Below are positions 47,185-58,882 of a DNA stretch of 64,000 nt, one piece after another. Position numbers and translations under genes: made by a program. The notes under the pieces were generated by a model. The model was not told the DNA's origin. It did not search any database and was given only the letters and a program-made list of their open reading frames with translations. The DNA is taken from NCBI GenBank assembly GCA_950097015.1, contig CATNEN010000031.1, positions 372,001-436,000 on the forward strand, in the 5' to 3' direction. The stretch's first letter is position 1; every line of letters starts with the position of its first letter. This DNA is from Macrostomum hystrix. Its lineage: Eukaryota; Animalia; Platyhelminthes.

Positions 47185-49520
47185 CTATTCTTCTTCCTCA
47201 TCGTACACCGTCTGAAAAGCCAGGTTCGTTTTCATGGCCTCATTTTGAGCAGCTGTTGGCATGGCGAATTTTAGCATCGCGAAATTCGCAGTACAGAAAC
47301 TCACGTTTGGATCTACCAACAAAGCTCCCGGTACGAAATTTGACGGGAAAACGCTCTCCTCATAAGTATACGGTCTGAAAAATTCAGCTAGATCGTCAGG
47401 ATTATATCGGCAAATTTGGTTGCTTATAGGGGAAATGGCAGCAAAGGGTCTCCTTATTTTTCTGAGTGGCACCTCACGATATTTAAAACCCTAAATTTGG
47501 CCTATACTTGTCGGCATTAAAGGTTCTTATGCCGTCTTCATATGGGCATTCGGATGCATACGAGTGCATTCAATATTCAGTATTGCAAATTGTTGCAAAA
47601 GTTCTATTTTCCTGATCAATCCACAGACCTGCAACGAACTCACATTAGCGTTAGGCAATGATATTCCAGATTCCAGTGGAGGCTGCACTGTGTTCTCATA
47701 GTAAACGGTCTGAAACAGAACATCAGGTAAATACGTCTTTGAGCCACCTGTAGAACAAAATACTGTAAGCACTTCATCGGATCTGTGACACTCATGTTCG
47801 GATCCACAAATCTAGTCGCGGATTGAGACTGGTCTATGTTTTCCTTATCGTATACGGTCTGAAAATTATCATGTATCTACTATAATTGGATTGAAAGAAT
47901 TGCTTCAACGCATGGAAAATCCTGGCTCAAACGTACATTCGGATACCTCCCATGCGCCACAGGGACCCAGGTGTCTGCAGGCGCTTGAGTACGAGCCGTC
48001 CATCTTCTATGATTTAGCCAAATGACAGCGGTGTTGCCACTTGACCTTCTGATGCGGGCCCAGACTGAGATGACGGCAAGAAGGACCAGAAAGACAGCTC
48101 CAGTCAGGCCGAGAGCTAAGAAAACCATGAAAGTCTTGCCATCCTTCTTATCCTCTGGTTCGGAAAGCTGAGTCTTTCTGGATTTGATTTCTAAGGCGAA
48201 ATCATTTATGTCAAGGAAGTCCTAGCGGTTCTGCAACACAGTGCAGCTGATGTTGACGGATCGAGGTTGCTCTTTAAGACCCACCTGGGCAGAGTACTGG
48301 CCCAAGGTGAAAATTTCATTGAAGTATTTAGTCATCACCGTCTAAATTTAGGTTTCAATTGTTTTCAAGCTGCAGATAAGACACTATTTACACTTTTAGA
48401 AATCCAGTGAATTTAGGCAACCATTCGACAGCTTACATATCGCATCCCAGAGCTGGTATAATGATTGAGCAGTTCACTCGCGGCATCGGGTTCCCATCTG
48501 CAATTCTGATGCTCACAATTCTGAGCCGAGCTGTTAAACGCTCTGCGTCTTCTTTTAAGTCACGTAAACTAAAAAACTCACAAAGGACAGTAAGCCTCGT
48601 GTTAACCAATTCACTCAGATGCTCGTCTTGAATGAACTTGCAGACAACAAGCTTTTGATTATGTTCCTTCCGGGCAAGGAGCATGAAATTAGATGTATAT
48701 ATGTTCCCAGCAACTGTGCTCTGTGGTACATTTTGCAATGCCAGTCGGGAGTCCTTAAGCCGGCACCTATGCACTCGGACAGGAGGTCGGCTTTCAAATG
48801 AAATGAGACTTCCGTGCACCATGCTACCTACAGTGACGGCACCCGCTTTTTTGATGTCTACTATATTTAACACTCTGTCTGAAATGAGGGAATGAAAACT
48901 ACACAATAAATACTCGTACTTTCATCAAATTAGAGAGTTAAGAAAGTGATTTTTCTAACAGTTGACCGAGACGTTTTGAATACTGTTAGCGCTAAACACA
49001 GTTACGCTCGTAGCGAGCCGTGAGTCTGGAGCGCCGTACAAGTGACTCTCGTGTCACTTTTGTGTGGGTGTATTTCATTTGTCTGTAGCTCTGAGCCGAC
49101 ACGTTTTCTTTGCAGAATAGCCTGGGGAATAAAAGTTCGCTAAGAAATTCGCTAGTGGACTCTGCAGTGTATAAATGAATAGCATTTGCACATACGATTT
49201 TGCCGTTGTCTGCAACGCAGCTATGAGCAAGCACCGGGTTTCCGTCGCCTAATCTGACCGTAAAATAGGCGCTGACGCCTTCATAGACACTGAAAGCCAG
49301 CTGAAATTCAAGCGGAGGCTGCGGCTAGTCTAAAAGGGGATGATAAATTTTCCATCGCATTGATTACAGCATGATTTTTTTAATTCATGTCTTCGCATAA
49401 AAGCTCACAGAAAACCGACAGTCTGTGACAGACTGAGAAAACCGATTGTAAATTTCAACATTTCCTGTCTGAGTCGCAAGGAATTTCAGGGTGCCACCGT
49501 TCATTGAGCACGTAGCATTA
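47185..49520 (-). pseudogene. Receptor paralog A (Ig-like domains, TM, four PN|TVY tail exons), apparently decaying; 5' end not found
   Basis: IADGNPMPRVNCSII matches C's VTEGFPSPIVNCSLL, and EIFTLGQYSAQ matches EVFLVGQHSAE. In-frame TAG at 48224-48222 before the TM; AT instead of GT donor at 47795; 70-nt (frameshifted) tail exon 47374-47305. Confidence 0.7.
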
Positions 49521-49544
49521 ATGCTAAAGATGTGGCTGCATTTT

Positions 49545-50312
49545 GCATTTTTGGGGATGGAGCAGGATGGGGATTGAGCAAGATGGGAATTGAGCAAGAT
49601 GGGGATGGAGCTGGATGGGGATTGAGCAAGATGGGAATTGAGCAAGATGGGGATGGAGCAGGATGGGGATTAAGCAAGATGGGAATTGAGCAAGATGGGA
49701 ATTGAGCAAGATGGGGATGGAGCAGGATGAGGATTGAGCAAGATGGGAATTGAGCAAGATGGGGATGGAGCAGGATGGGGATTAAGCAAGATGGGAATTG
49801 AGCAAGATGGGAATTGAGCAAGATGGGGATGGAGCAGGATGAGGATTAAGCAAGATGGGAATTGAGCAGGATGGGGATGGAGCAGGATGAGGATTGAGCA
49901 AGATGGGAATTGAGCAGGATGGGGATGGAGCAGGATGGGAATTGAGCAGGATGGGGATGGAGCAGGATGGGGATTGAGCAAGATGGGGATTGAGCAGGAT
50001 GGGGATTGAGCAAGATGGGGATTGAGCAGGATGGGGATTGAGCAGGATGGGGATGGAGCAGGATGGGGATTGAGCAAGATGGGGATTGAGCAGGATGGGG
50101 ATTGAGCAGGATGGGAATTGAGCAAGATGGAGATTGAGCAGGATTGGGATTGAGCAGGATGGGAATTGAGCAAGATGGGGATTGAGCAGGATGGGGATTG
50201 AGCAGGATGGGAATTGAGCAAGATGGAGATTGAGCAGGATGGGGATTGAGCAGGATTGGGATTGAGCAGGATGGGAATTGAGCAAGATGGGGATTGAGCA
50301 GGATGGGGATTG
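49545..50312. repeat. Mosaic 16-bp-based minisatellite (GATGGGGATTGAGCAG/A variants)
   Basis: Direct reading; source of the SCSIPILLNPH spurious ORFs. Confidence 0.93.
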
Positions 50313-51162
50313 AAATGGTTAATCCATGTAAGAAATAACTAATTTCTAGAAAGACTAACGAAGGCACATTTTACAATATACCTCAGGCTATCTTTGCCTC
50401 TAGAACTGAGACAACTGCTGCAGGTGACTGTCAGCTAGCCATTTAGGCTATTTATTTATCTAGAATGACTCGTGATCACGATGAAAAAAACTAAAATTAC
50501 ATTCTTAGTACATTTAGGATACTTGAATAAATGTACTGATCGTATGTGGATGAGTTCATATAAACTAAAACACGATATAAGCTAGCTATATTGGTTGGTT
50601 GCAGACATGAGGACACTAATCGGGTACTTGCACGGATGCACGATCGAGTTAGAGTAGCAATAAATCAAGCTTGGAAAGCTAGCGCAGTAGGCAAATCAGT
50701 TTAAAAAACCCAAGCAAGTCTTTCATAAAAAACGAATAAAAAGGCAAACAATGCTACTACAAGTAATAAAAAATTACAACCAAAACAATTGTAAATCACG
50801 AGTAGCTAAACAATGCCAAGACAGGCTAATAGAAGCAGCAAAAAAACAGTTTTGAGGCAGCTAGCATTCATTTAAGGAATCTTGGAAACAGCCGGACAAA
50901 ACTAAGGAGCGTCGCACAGTCACGTGACAATCAAGATAGACACACAACTTTAATAAGACATCGGAAAAATTACAAAGCGTAGAAACAAACAAACAAACAA
51001 AAAATGACAGCATTGCCATAACTAAGTGTACTGCGCTTATGTAAAAACGTAGAATTTTTTCAACCAATGTTGAAGGGTTACTCAACGTGATTAACAATAG
51101 TCAACTTCAAAGTCTGCCCACCTTAACTAGAATCCACCTCCGTAAATACTTAAAGTTACTTA

Positions 51163-51430
51163 CGGCTCACGACTTGAAGGTTGGGGGTTCGATTCCCGAC
51201 TCCACAGCAACAATTTGTGTTCTTTAGCAGGGCAATTAAATCTGCATTGGTTCATTTCACCCAGCTGTTAAATGGGTTCCAGAGCTTGGGTAATTGAGGG
51301 TGGGTGTGGCGTCCCTCCAGTCCATGGACTGAACAGCCGTACTCAGCTTTCAGATGCGCCACGCAGTAGCTGCGGCTGTACTGTCGTCTGCACATCTAGA
51401 GTAGGTAGGTGTAATCAACGATCAATTATT
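51163..51430 (+). mobile_element. SINE family A
   Basis: ctcacgacttgaaggttgggggttcgattccc...ttcacccagctgttaaatggg...ccagtccatggactgaac; nearly colinear with 28990-29258. Confidence 0.85.
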
Positions 51431-52011
51431 AGTTTCATAATCAATACTAATAACAAAGACTTAGCAGTTTTTGTCAGCATATTTAGTTAATACTGGGTGC
51501 TACGTAAAACTAGCTTGATTAAAACAGTATAGAAATCAGCATTTAATGAAAAGCAATGAACTACACAGCTTATGTACATCGCAGTAGGTAAATTAGCAAT
51601 TTACCTGTAACAAAACAAATAATTTTTTGCAATTTGATAAAATAAACTGACAGGTTGCAATAAAGAGAGTTTTCACCGAAGACTGCAATACAACTTCCCA
51701 AAAGAACTAGATTAAAAAAATGGTGACAAAAAGCTAAGCGTCAAAGAATGAGTGAAAATACAGTACACCAAATAATAGCACAACTAAACTGAATATTGAA
51801 GCACCAAAATATTGGCCACAATAAAAGTACAGCTCGTTTCATTTTTATTAGTGCCCAATAAGAAAAAACCATTCGATTTTGGTCAGTTACACAGCTGAAA
51901 CTGAATATAATTTTTTTCTAAAAAGTAAGTCTACTTACAGTAGTGCGCTAGCAACGCTTAACACAAATCTGAACAGACAAGATGATGATTAAATCACTGC
52001 TAGCCAGTTGG

Positions 52012-52161
52012 CTACTCGACTGTAGCGGCAAAATGATGCTGCTGCGGCTGCCGTCGAGCTGCTGACAGACGGCCGAGAGTGGCTGAGCGGCCCTGGTGCT
52101 TCAGGCAGCCAGGCTGGCAATAGTGCCCGCTTGAGACGTGCGAAGTGACGGACATCGACCG

Positions 52162-52196
<35 letters not shown>

Positions 52197-53745
52197 GCTT
52201 TCCATTAATGTTACTAATGCTATTATTAGAACAGTTATTGGTGTGACTCTGCACTGCTTCACTGCCCACTTCGTTCGGAATGACTGGTGCAAGCTTCTGC
52301 AACAAAAAGTGGTCCATTGCAAGGATCTGCTATTAGCAAAACTCTGAGGACTATGAATTTCGATTGCAAAAAGCGAGCACACCCTGAGCAAGGCGCTCCC
52401 ACTATGAGTAGGCAAATAACGATGATCAATCCATGCGTTATGCAATATTGGTGTTATAGATTTGCGAATCATTTGCGAAGCATTGCAGTTTGCAATTAAG
52501 TTAGTGAATTATTGTGGACAATATTGCAAACCTACTATGAGTAGCATGTTAGCAAAGCAGTGCTATAAAACCATTCAAACAAAATCAGTAAAGCCCCGTT
52601 ATCTGCATTATCAGGATATTGATTAGTAACTATTACCAATATGTATTACCAATATGCGCAAACAAAACGGACTGTACACAAGAGGCCAGTGACCCTAGCC
52701 AAATGAGGCCAGTAGGCCATCACAACTTCTGGAAGACGAATTAAATGAAATATTTTATCAGTGTCAAAATGGTTCGTAAGAAAGTTTAATCCCATCCTGA
52801 AAAATTCGACTGTTGGTCTATGATCGCATGGTCTATGATCGCATGGTCTATGATCGCATGGTCTATGATCACATGGTCTATGATCCTATGGTCTATGATA
52901 CCATGGTCTATGATCCCATGGTCTATGATCCCATGGTCAATGATCCCATGGTCTATGATCCCATGGTCTATGATCCCACGGTCTATGATCCCATGGTCTA
53001 TAATCCCATGGTCATGATCCCGTGGTGAATGTTCCCATTCTTAGTCTAGGATGATTCCGTGGTGAAAATTCCCACTCTTGGTTTGCAATCCTATTTTTAA
53101 CGATCCAATATTGGTCAGTCAGAGATCTATTCAAGATGGGCTATTTTTACAAGTTTAAGGAACCTTTAATCCATTTAGGTTCTGGTATCCCATACTCAAT
53201 AATATCCTGAAGGGCGTTATCCTAAATAATCTCACGAAGAGCGTATCCAGCCCTAGTCATCGCAAAAGAAGCCGAATCAGAACCCAGATTGAAAATCTGA
53301 TATCTCATTATCATAATTCAGGGTTAACAGCGGGCAATGATCAAAACAAAAGCGGAGCCCTGACTCACCAGGCTGAACTGCGGGCCAACATTGGCTGGTC
53401 CAGTCGGGGCCGCCGAAGCCAGCCTGGGAATGCCCGACATGCCGGCGCGAGGTTGCGGCAGGCTGCTGGAGCTGACCGAGTGCTGCTGCTGCTGCTGCTG
53501 CTGCTGCTGCGGTGGTGGGGCCGGGGCGGGAATTCTCGACCTTGGAATGGCAGACGCGGATACGGAAGCCGCCGCAGTCGTTGACGTAGCAACAGGCGAT
53601 GGCACAACAGCCGCGGCGGTGACAGCGGCGGCAGCTGAGGGGGCGGGAATGCGGCTCACGCCGCTTCCAGCTTCATCGCTAGAGCTGAGACGGCGTGGCA
53701 ACGAGCTGGCTGAGACCGTGGCTCCGACAGTCAATGGTGGGGGCA

Positions 53746-53809
<64 letters not shown>

Positions 53810-56800
53810 TGGCGCCAGGATCTTCGGCGCCGGAAGTGAGGAAACGGGTAGCGATTTCTCTCCGCCGTTTATTGATGTCGGCAGCTGCGAAATGGGTGGC
53901 TGCGACTGCGGCTGCGTCGGCTTCGAGATGGCGGTCGGCTGCCGAAGGCCGCTTGTCTGCCGACGGGGCGGGGAAGCCGACGAAGCAGCTGTGACTGAGG
54001 GCTCGGACACCCCGGATACCTGAGCCGGTAATGTGGAAGCCTGAGGAAGCGGTGGCGCCACTTCAATGATGGTGCGCTGGCTCAGGGCGCTGCTGTCACC
54101 ACTGTCAGACTGCGATAGGCCGCTGTAGGTTCATGAGAGCAACGGGATATAAGATACAGGCTACAGCCTGACCAGTGTACAGGCTGACCAGTGTACTGTG
54201 ACCAGTGTACAGGCTGACCAGTGTACTGTGACCAGTGTACTGTGACCAGTGTACTGTGACCAGTGTACTGTGACCAGTGTACTGTGACCAGTGTACTGTG
54301 ACCAGTGTACTGTGACCAGTGTACTGTGACCAGTGTACTGTGACCAGTGTACTGTGACCAGTGTACTGTGACCAGTGTACTGTGACCAGTGTACTGTGAC
54401 CAGTGTACTGTGACCAGTGTACTGTGACCAGTGTACTGTGACCAGTGGACTGACTGACCAGTGTACTGTGACCAGTGTACTGTGACCAGTGTACTGACTG
54501 ACCAGTGTACTGACTGACCAATGAACTGACTGACCAGTGTACTGACTGACCAATGAACTGACTGACCAGTGTACTGACTGACCAATGAACTGACTGACCA
54601 GTGTACTGACTGACCAATGAACTGACTGACCCACCTGGAGCTGTTGCAAGTTCCACTCGGGGTTGACACAGCTACCGGCGAAGGCAGCAATAAGTCGCCA
54701 TTGACGCCGCCTTCCACAACTGTAGAGCGTATTGGCGACACCTGCGGTTGAGGCGGCTTGGTTTCCATGGCAACCGAACGATTCGGCGAGGCTTGCGCTG
54801 CATTTGCTAGCGAATGAGTGAAGCATTAGTTTACAATTAACCAAAATGACAAACACAATATCATGAAGAATATGAGAGCAAGGTTTCATAACCCAATATC
54901 TACTCACCAGGAGCAGCTGGCACCAATGGCTTGGCTTCGGCCTCTTTAATCTCGTCATCATTCTCCTCGGGAATGCCGGCAGTCACAACAATGATGGCTT
55001 TAGTCTCGATGGTCTCAGGACCGGAAGGCCGGCTCGCCTGCTGCTTGTCGGCTAGAGAATAGCCTGAGTCGCTGGAGCTGCAATAGTTGTGAGAGGCAGT
55101 TTTGTGCTTATGCTTAACCAGCTGGTGCATCAGTTAAGCACAGAGTCTCTTTTAAGGTAAAAATTACACAGGAAGAGCAGCCAGTAATGCTGCTCTGGCA
55201 TTTTATTTGTAACATAATTAGCGCTCCACATTACTAACTTGCTATAGTAGTGCAGCGCGCACAATGAAGAAATATCGCTAAAGAAATATGAAGATACCAT
55301 CAACCAAAGCCCACCATCCAACTGCCGACTGGCCGCACACTGCACGGGACTGGGGCCTTCACAATGGCACCAGGTAAAGTTTTTATTTATAAAGCAAATA
55401 AAGCATGCTAATTTAGTCTGGGCTGCCACACCAGAGGAAGATAAAAAACAGACACTGAGACAGCCAGTTAGCTCTGTGCTTTCTCTAAGTCGTGTTTCCA
55501 ATTGTACAGAGTAATTTAAGCTTTGCTGCGCACAACTAAACTTTGCAGGCAATATACTTGCTTTAGCATTAGTGTTTTTATCTTTTGATTTATTGGCAAA
55601 AAAGAACCAGCAGAGCAGAAGAGATAAAGCCCGCACAGTTGAAGAGGAAAAATGGAATGCCATTCAGTTGGGCTGTGAAAGAACGTTTGTCATCCGAAGC
55701 ACCTTCGCAAAATAGTAAGAATTGTAAAGATAATAGCACTAATTCACTGAACCGAGTTCGCTTATGCGTTTAAAAAATTGAGAAAACCCCAGTGCGTGAA
55801 ATTGCATAGTACTGCGAGTTCTCTAACTCACAACAGGATGGGAGGTAATGAATAGGAAACTATTGACATGGCTAATATAGAAGGAAATTAAAGCCCGCTA
55901 TATACTCGTAATTGTACCATATTTTAACACTTGTATAATGCAGGCAGTAACTAAAAGCAGTCTCCCTATAAAACATGTTTATAATAATATATACACCAGC
56001 TGTTCCCTCATCAAGGAACACAAGGCAAAGCAGTTTGCTCATCAGGCTAGGACTCTGAAAATAATAGACAAATTGGGAATGGAAATATGTCAATCAGCTT
56101 TAGTGTGAGCTGTCTGTGAGCACCAAAGCCTTCTTTTAGAATCTAGTATACTGGTCTAAATTTTACATGAACTATACTTTCTCAATGACGATTGGAGACT
56201 AGTTAGAAAACATGGAAGCCATTGCTATCAAGACTAGTTAGAAAACATATAAGCCATTGCTATCAAGACTAGTTAGAAAACATGGAAGCCATTGCTATCA
56301 AGACTAGTTAGAAAACATGGAAGCCGTTGCTATCAAGACTAGTTAGAAAACATGGAAGCCGTTGCTATCAAGACTAGTTAGAAAACATGGAAGCCGTTGC
56401 TATCAAGACTAGTTAGAAAACATGGAAGACATTGCTATCAAGACTAGTTAGAAATCATGGAAGCCATTGCTATCAAGACTAGTTAGAAAACATGGAAGCC
56501 ATTGCTATCAAGACTAGTTAGAAAACATGGAAGCCATTGCTATCAAGACTAGTTAGAAAACATGGAAGCCATTGCTATCAAGACTAGTTAGAAATCATGG
56601 AAGCCGTTGCTATCAAGACTAGTTAGAAATCATGGAAGCCATTGCTATCAAGACTAGTTAGAAAACATGGAAGCCATTGCTATCAAGACTAGTTAGAAAA
56701 CATGGAAGCCATTGCTATCAAGACTAGTTAGAAAACATGGAAGCCATTGCTATCAAGACTAGTTAGAAATCATGGAAGCCGTTGCTATCAAGACTAGTTA

Positions 56801-57719
56801 GAAATCATGGAAGCCGTTGCTATCAAGACTAGTTAGAAAACATGGAAGCCATTGCTATCAAGACTAGTTAGAAAACATGGAAGGGTAGAGCCGAATAGAG
56901 TCCGAGTGGCCGGCAATTGCGCAGTGCAGCGAGCAGCCTCGAGCATCGAATGCCGCACACAATGCATCCCTGCAGGCCTTAGGTCTCTATGGCATTGCAG
57001 ACCTAAAAATCGCCCTATGCATCCAGTTTAACTGCGCACAATGGTATCCAGTTGCTGAATAGCTACAAAATGAATGCTGACAAGCTTTCAAAGTAAAAAA
57101 TATTCTGAGAGAAATAATCCATTCGAAGTAGCCCGAAGTAACTTCTATCGTCAAATTAAATCCGCCATCTAATTAGTATCATTGTGAATTTTGTGAATTG
57201 CCTGCGCAAAACTAATTCTTCTTCAACATTCAAGAAGAAAAAAATCTTTGAATCGCATTGATTTATGGGGACAAATTTGAACGCTTTGCTTCGTTGCTCT
57301 TTAGACCCCTGTTCCCAAGCACAAAAGCGAAATACTTACTCGACCGGCACCACCCTGAGACCCGACGAGGCCGCAGCCGTGGAGTCCGCTCGCTTCTCGG
57401 CGCGACGGTGGTGCTGTCGCTCAGCGTCGCTCCTGGCGAAGCTCGGCCGGCAGCTGTACCGGGTGGACGGTTTCCGCTCGAAGCGGGCCGATCGCCTCTG
57501 GCTGGTGCCGAACTGGTTCTCCTGCACCAGGCTGGTCTCCGTGCGGAAGCTGTGGTAGAACCGGGAGCGCAGGCGGAGCAGCTGCTTGGTTTTGCTCGGC
57601 GGCGCCTTCGGTTGAACTAGGCGGAAGAAGGCGTGGTGCTCCACAGCACAGCGCCACAGGTGCTTGCAGGTGCGAGTGTCGGCCAGCTTGAACACGAAGG
57701 TGTGATCCTGCTGAGCGCC
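52012..57719 (-). CDS. yurt: Yurt/EPB41L5-like FERM-FA protein, 3' part. Exons 57719-57340, (unresolved gap), 55121-54908, 54806-54635, 54122-53369, 52326-52012
   Basis: GAQQDHTFVFKLADTRTCKHLWRCAVEHHAFFRL (end of the FERM C-lobe) and LRLRSRFYHSFRTE...RRSARFERKPSTRYSCR (FA domain of the Yurt/EPB41L5 type). The last four exons are phase-consistent low-complexity Q/S/P tail. One phase mismatch implies a missing exon between 57340 and 55121; 5' exons were not located. Confidence 0.8.
52812..53025. repeat. 15-bp minisatellite (GGTCTATGATCCCAT)n
   Basis: Direct reading; intronic. Confidence 0.95.
54168..54630. repeat. 14-bp minisatellite (CCAGTGTACTGTGA)n with CTGA variants
   Basis: Direct reading; fills the intron 54634-54123. 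Confidence 0.95.
56195..56883. repeat. 35-bp minisatellite (GCTATCAAGACTAGTTAGAAAACATGGAAGCCATT)n, ~19 units
   Basis: Direct reading. Confidence 0.96.
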
Positions 57720-57769
57720 CTGTGTGAGGCAGCGAGGAAATAGTGCAATAACTAGAGACGGTCTATATA

Positions 57770-58836
57770 CCGGGTGGCCCATGCGTTTAAGGACAACCTT
57801 AAAAATAGAAGAAAGCAAAGCCAGCGGTAGCTAGAGCATAATAGTTTTGGTCATAGACAAAATAGTATCTATATAGTCTGTAGCTGCCGCGAAAATTTTC
57901 GGCAACTTAGCATTAGCCATAATAATAATAATAATAATTGACACTAGACCCAAGGGCCAGTGCAGGTGTTGTGTGTCAGGCACACTAGCAGGTGGGGACT
58001 GCACACCTAATTTAGCATTAGCCATGAATCGCGCTAAACGTTTGATGGTGGTAGACCAGCTCGCGCGGGGTATAAGCCCAGCACAGATAGCAGAGAACCT
58101 CAATGTTGCAAGGTCGTTTGTTTACGCCGTCAAGAGCGACATTGAAGAAGTTGGAGCTGCTGCGGCAGTTGAAAGGAGACTCCAGCTCTGCTGCGGAGGA
58201 ACACCGCTATATGCCTCGCCAGCAACATGCCAAAGGTGCCATGTTTCTCGGTGTCGTGGCTTCGGACGGCAGGGTGGCTCCCCCGATCTGGAGTGAAAAT
58301 CAACTCAGCCGAGTACATCCGCATGCTGCAGGATCATGTACTGCCATGGATTCGACACAACTTTGCCCCAGGTACGTTTGTTTTTCAGCAGGACGGCGCT
58401 CCTGCCCACACGGCTGTCGCTACTCAAGAATTTCTTCGCCGGGAGCTCGGCGAGGACTTCTGGGATGCGACCACTTGGCCACCATCGAGTCCAGACTGTT
58501 CCCCTCTCGATTACTTTGTGTGGAACAACGTGGCCCGCGTTGCATGTTTAACAACTTATGCTACCGTGGAGACTCTCCAAGTTGCTGTTAGTGCTGCCTG
58601 GTCAGCTCAGGGCCCTGCCGTCATCAGAGGTGCCTGTACCAAGTTTCGGTCTCCCATTGAAGCCGTGTATGCAGCGGAGGGGGGCTACATTGAGTAAATG
58701 TTATTTTTAGTTGCCATCTAGACATTATGGCGGTCAGTTAAAATGTTAAAGTTTTCGTTTGTTGGTTGTTTTTATATTAAAAATGTATATACATTTTATC
58801 ATTTTTAAGTTGTCCTTAAACGCATGGGCCACCCGG
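57770..58836 (+). mobile_element. Tc1/mariner (maT-like) DNA transposon, internally deleted, 1067 bp
   Basis: TA TSD at 57768-69 and 58837-38; TIR CCGGGTGGCCCATGCGTTTAAGGACAAC(C)TTAAAAAT. HTH-like N-terminus at 58024; C-terminal QQDGAPAH...WPPSSPDCSPLDY; first catalytic Asp region missing; frameshifts present. Confidence 0.93.
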
Positions 58837-58882
58837 TACCGTACACCTAAATAATTCACAGAAACATATGAATATAGGGGAA

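Noticed and set aside
48290-48906. Apparent kinase-like motifs (KLVVCK, TVMTKYF)
   Set aside because: Better explained as Ig-like strands; they align with paralog C exons and precede a TM helix, with no glycine loop, HRD or DFG.
53391-54023. Plus-strand poly-Cys and poly-Ala ORFs
   Set aside because: Antisense shadows of the CAG-repeat (poly-Gln) exon of the FERM gene.
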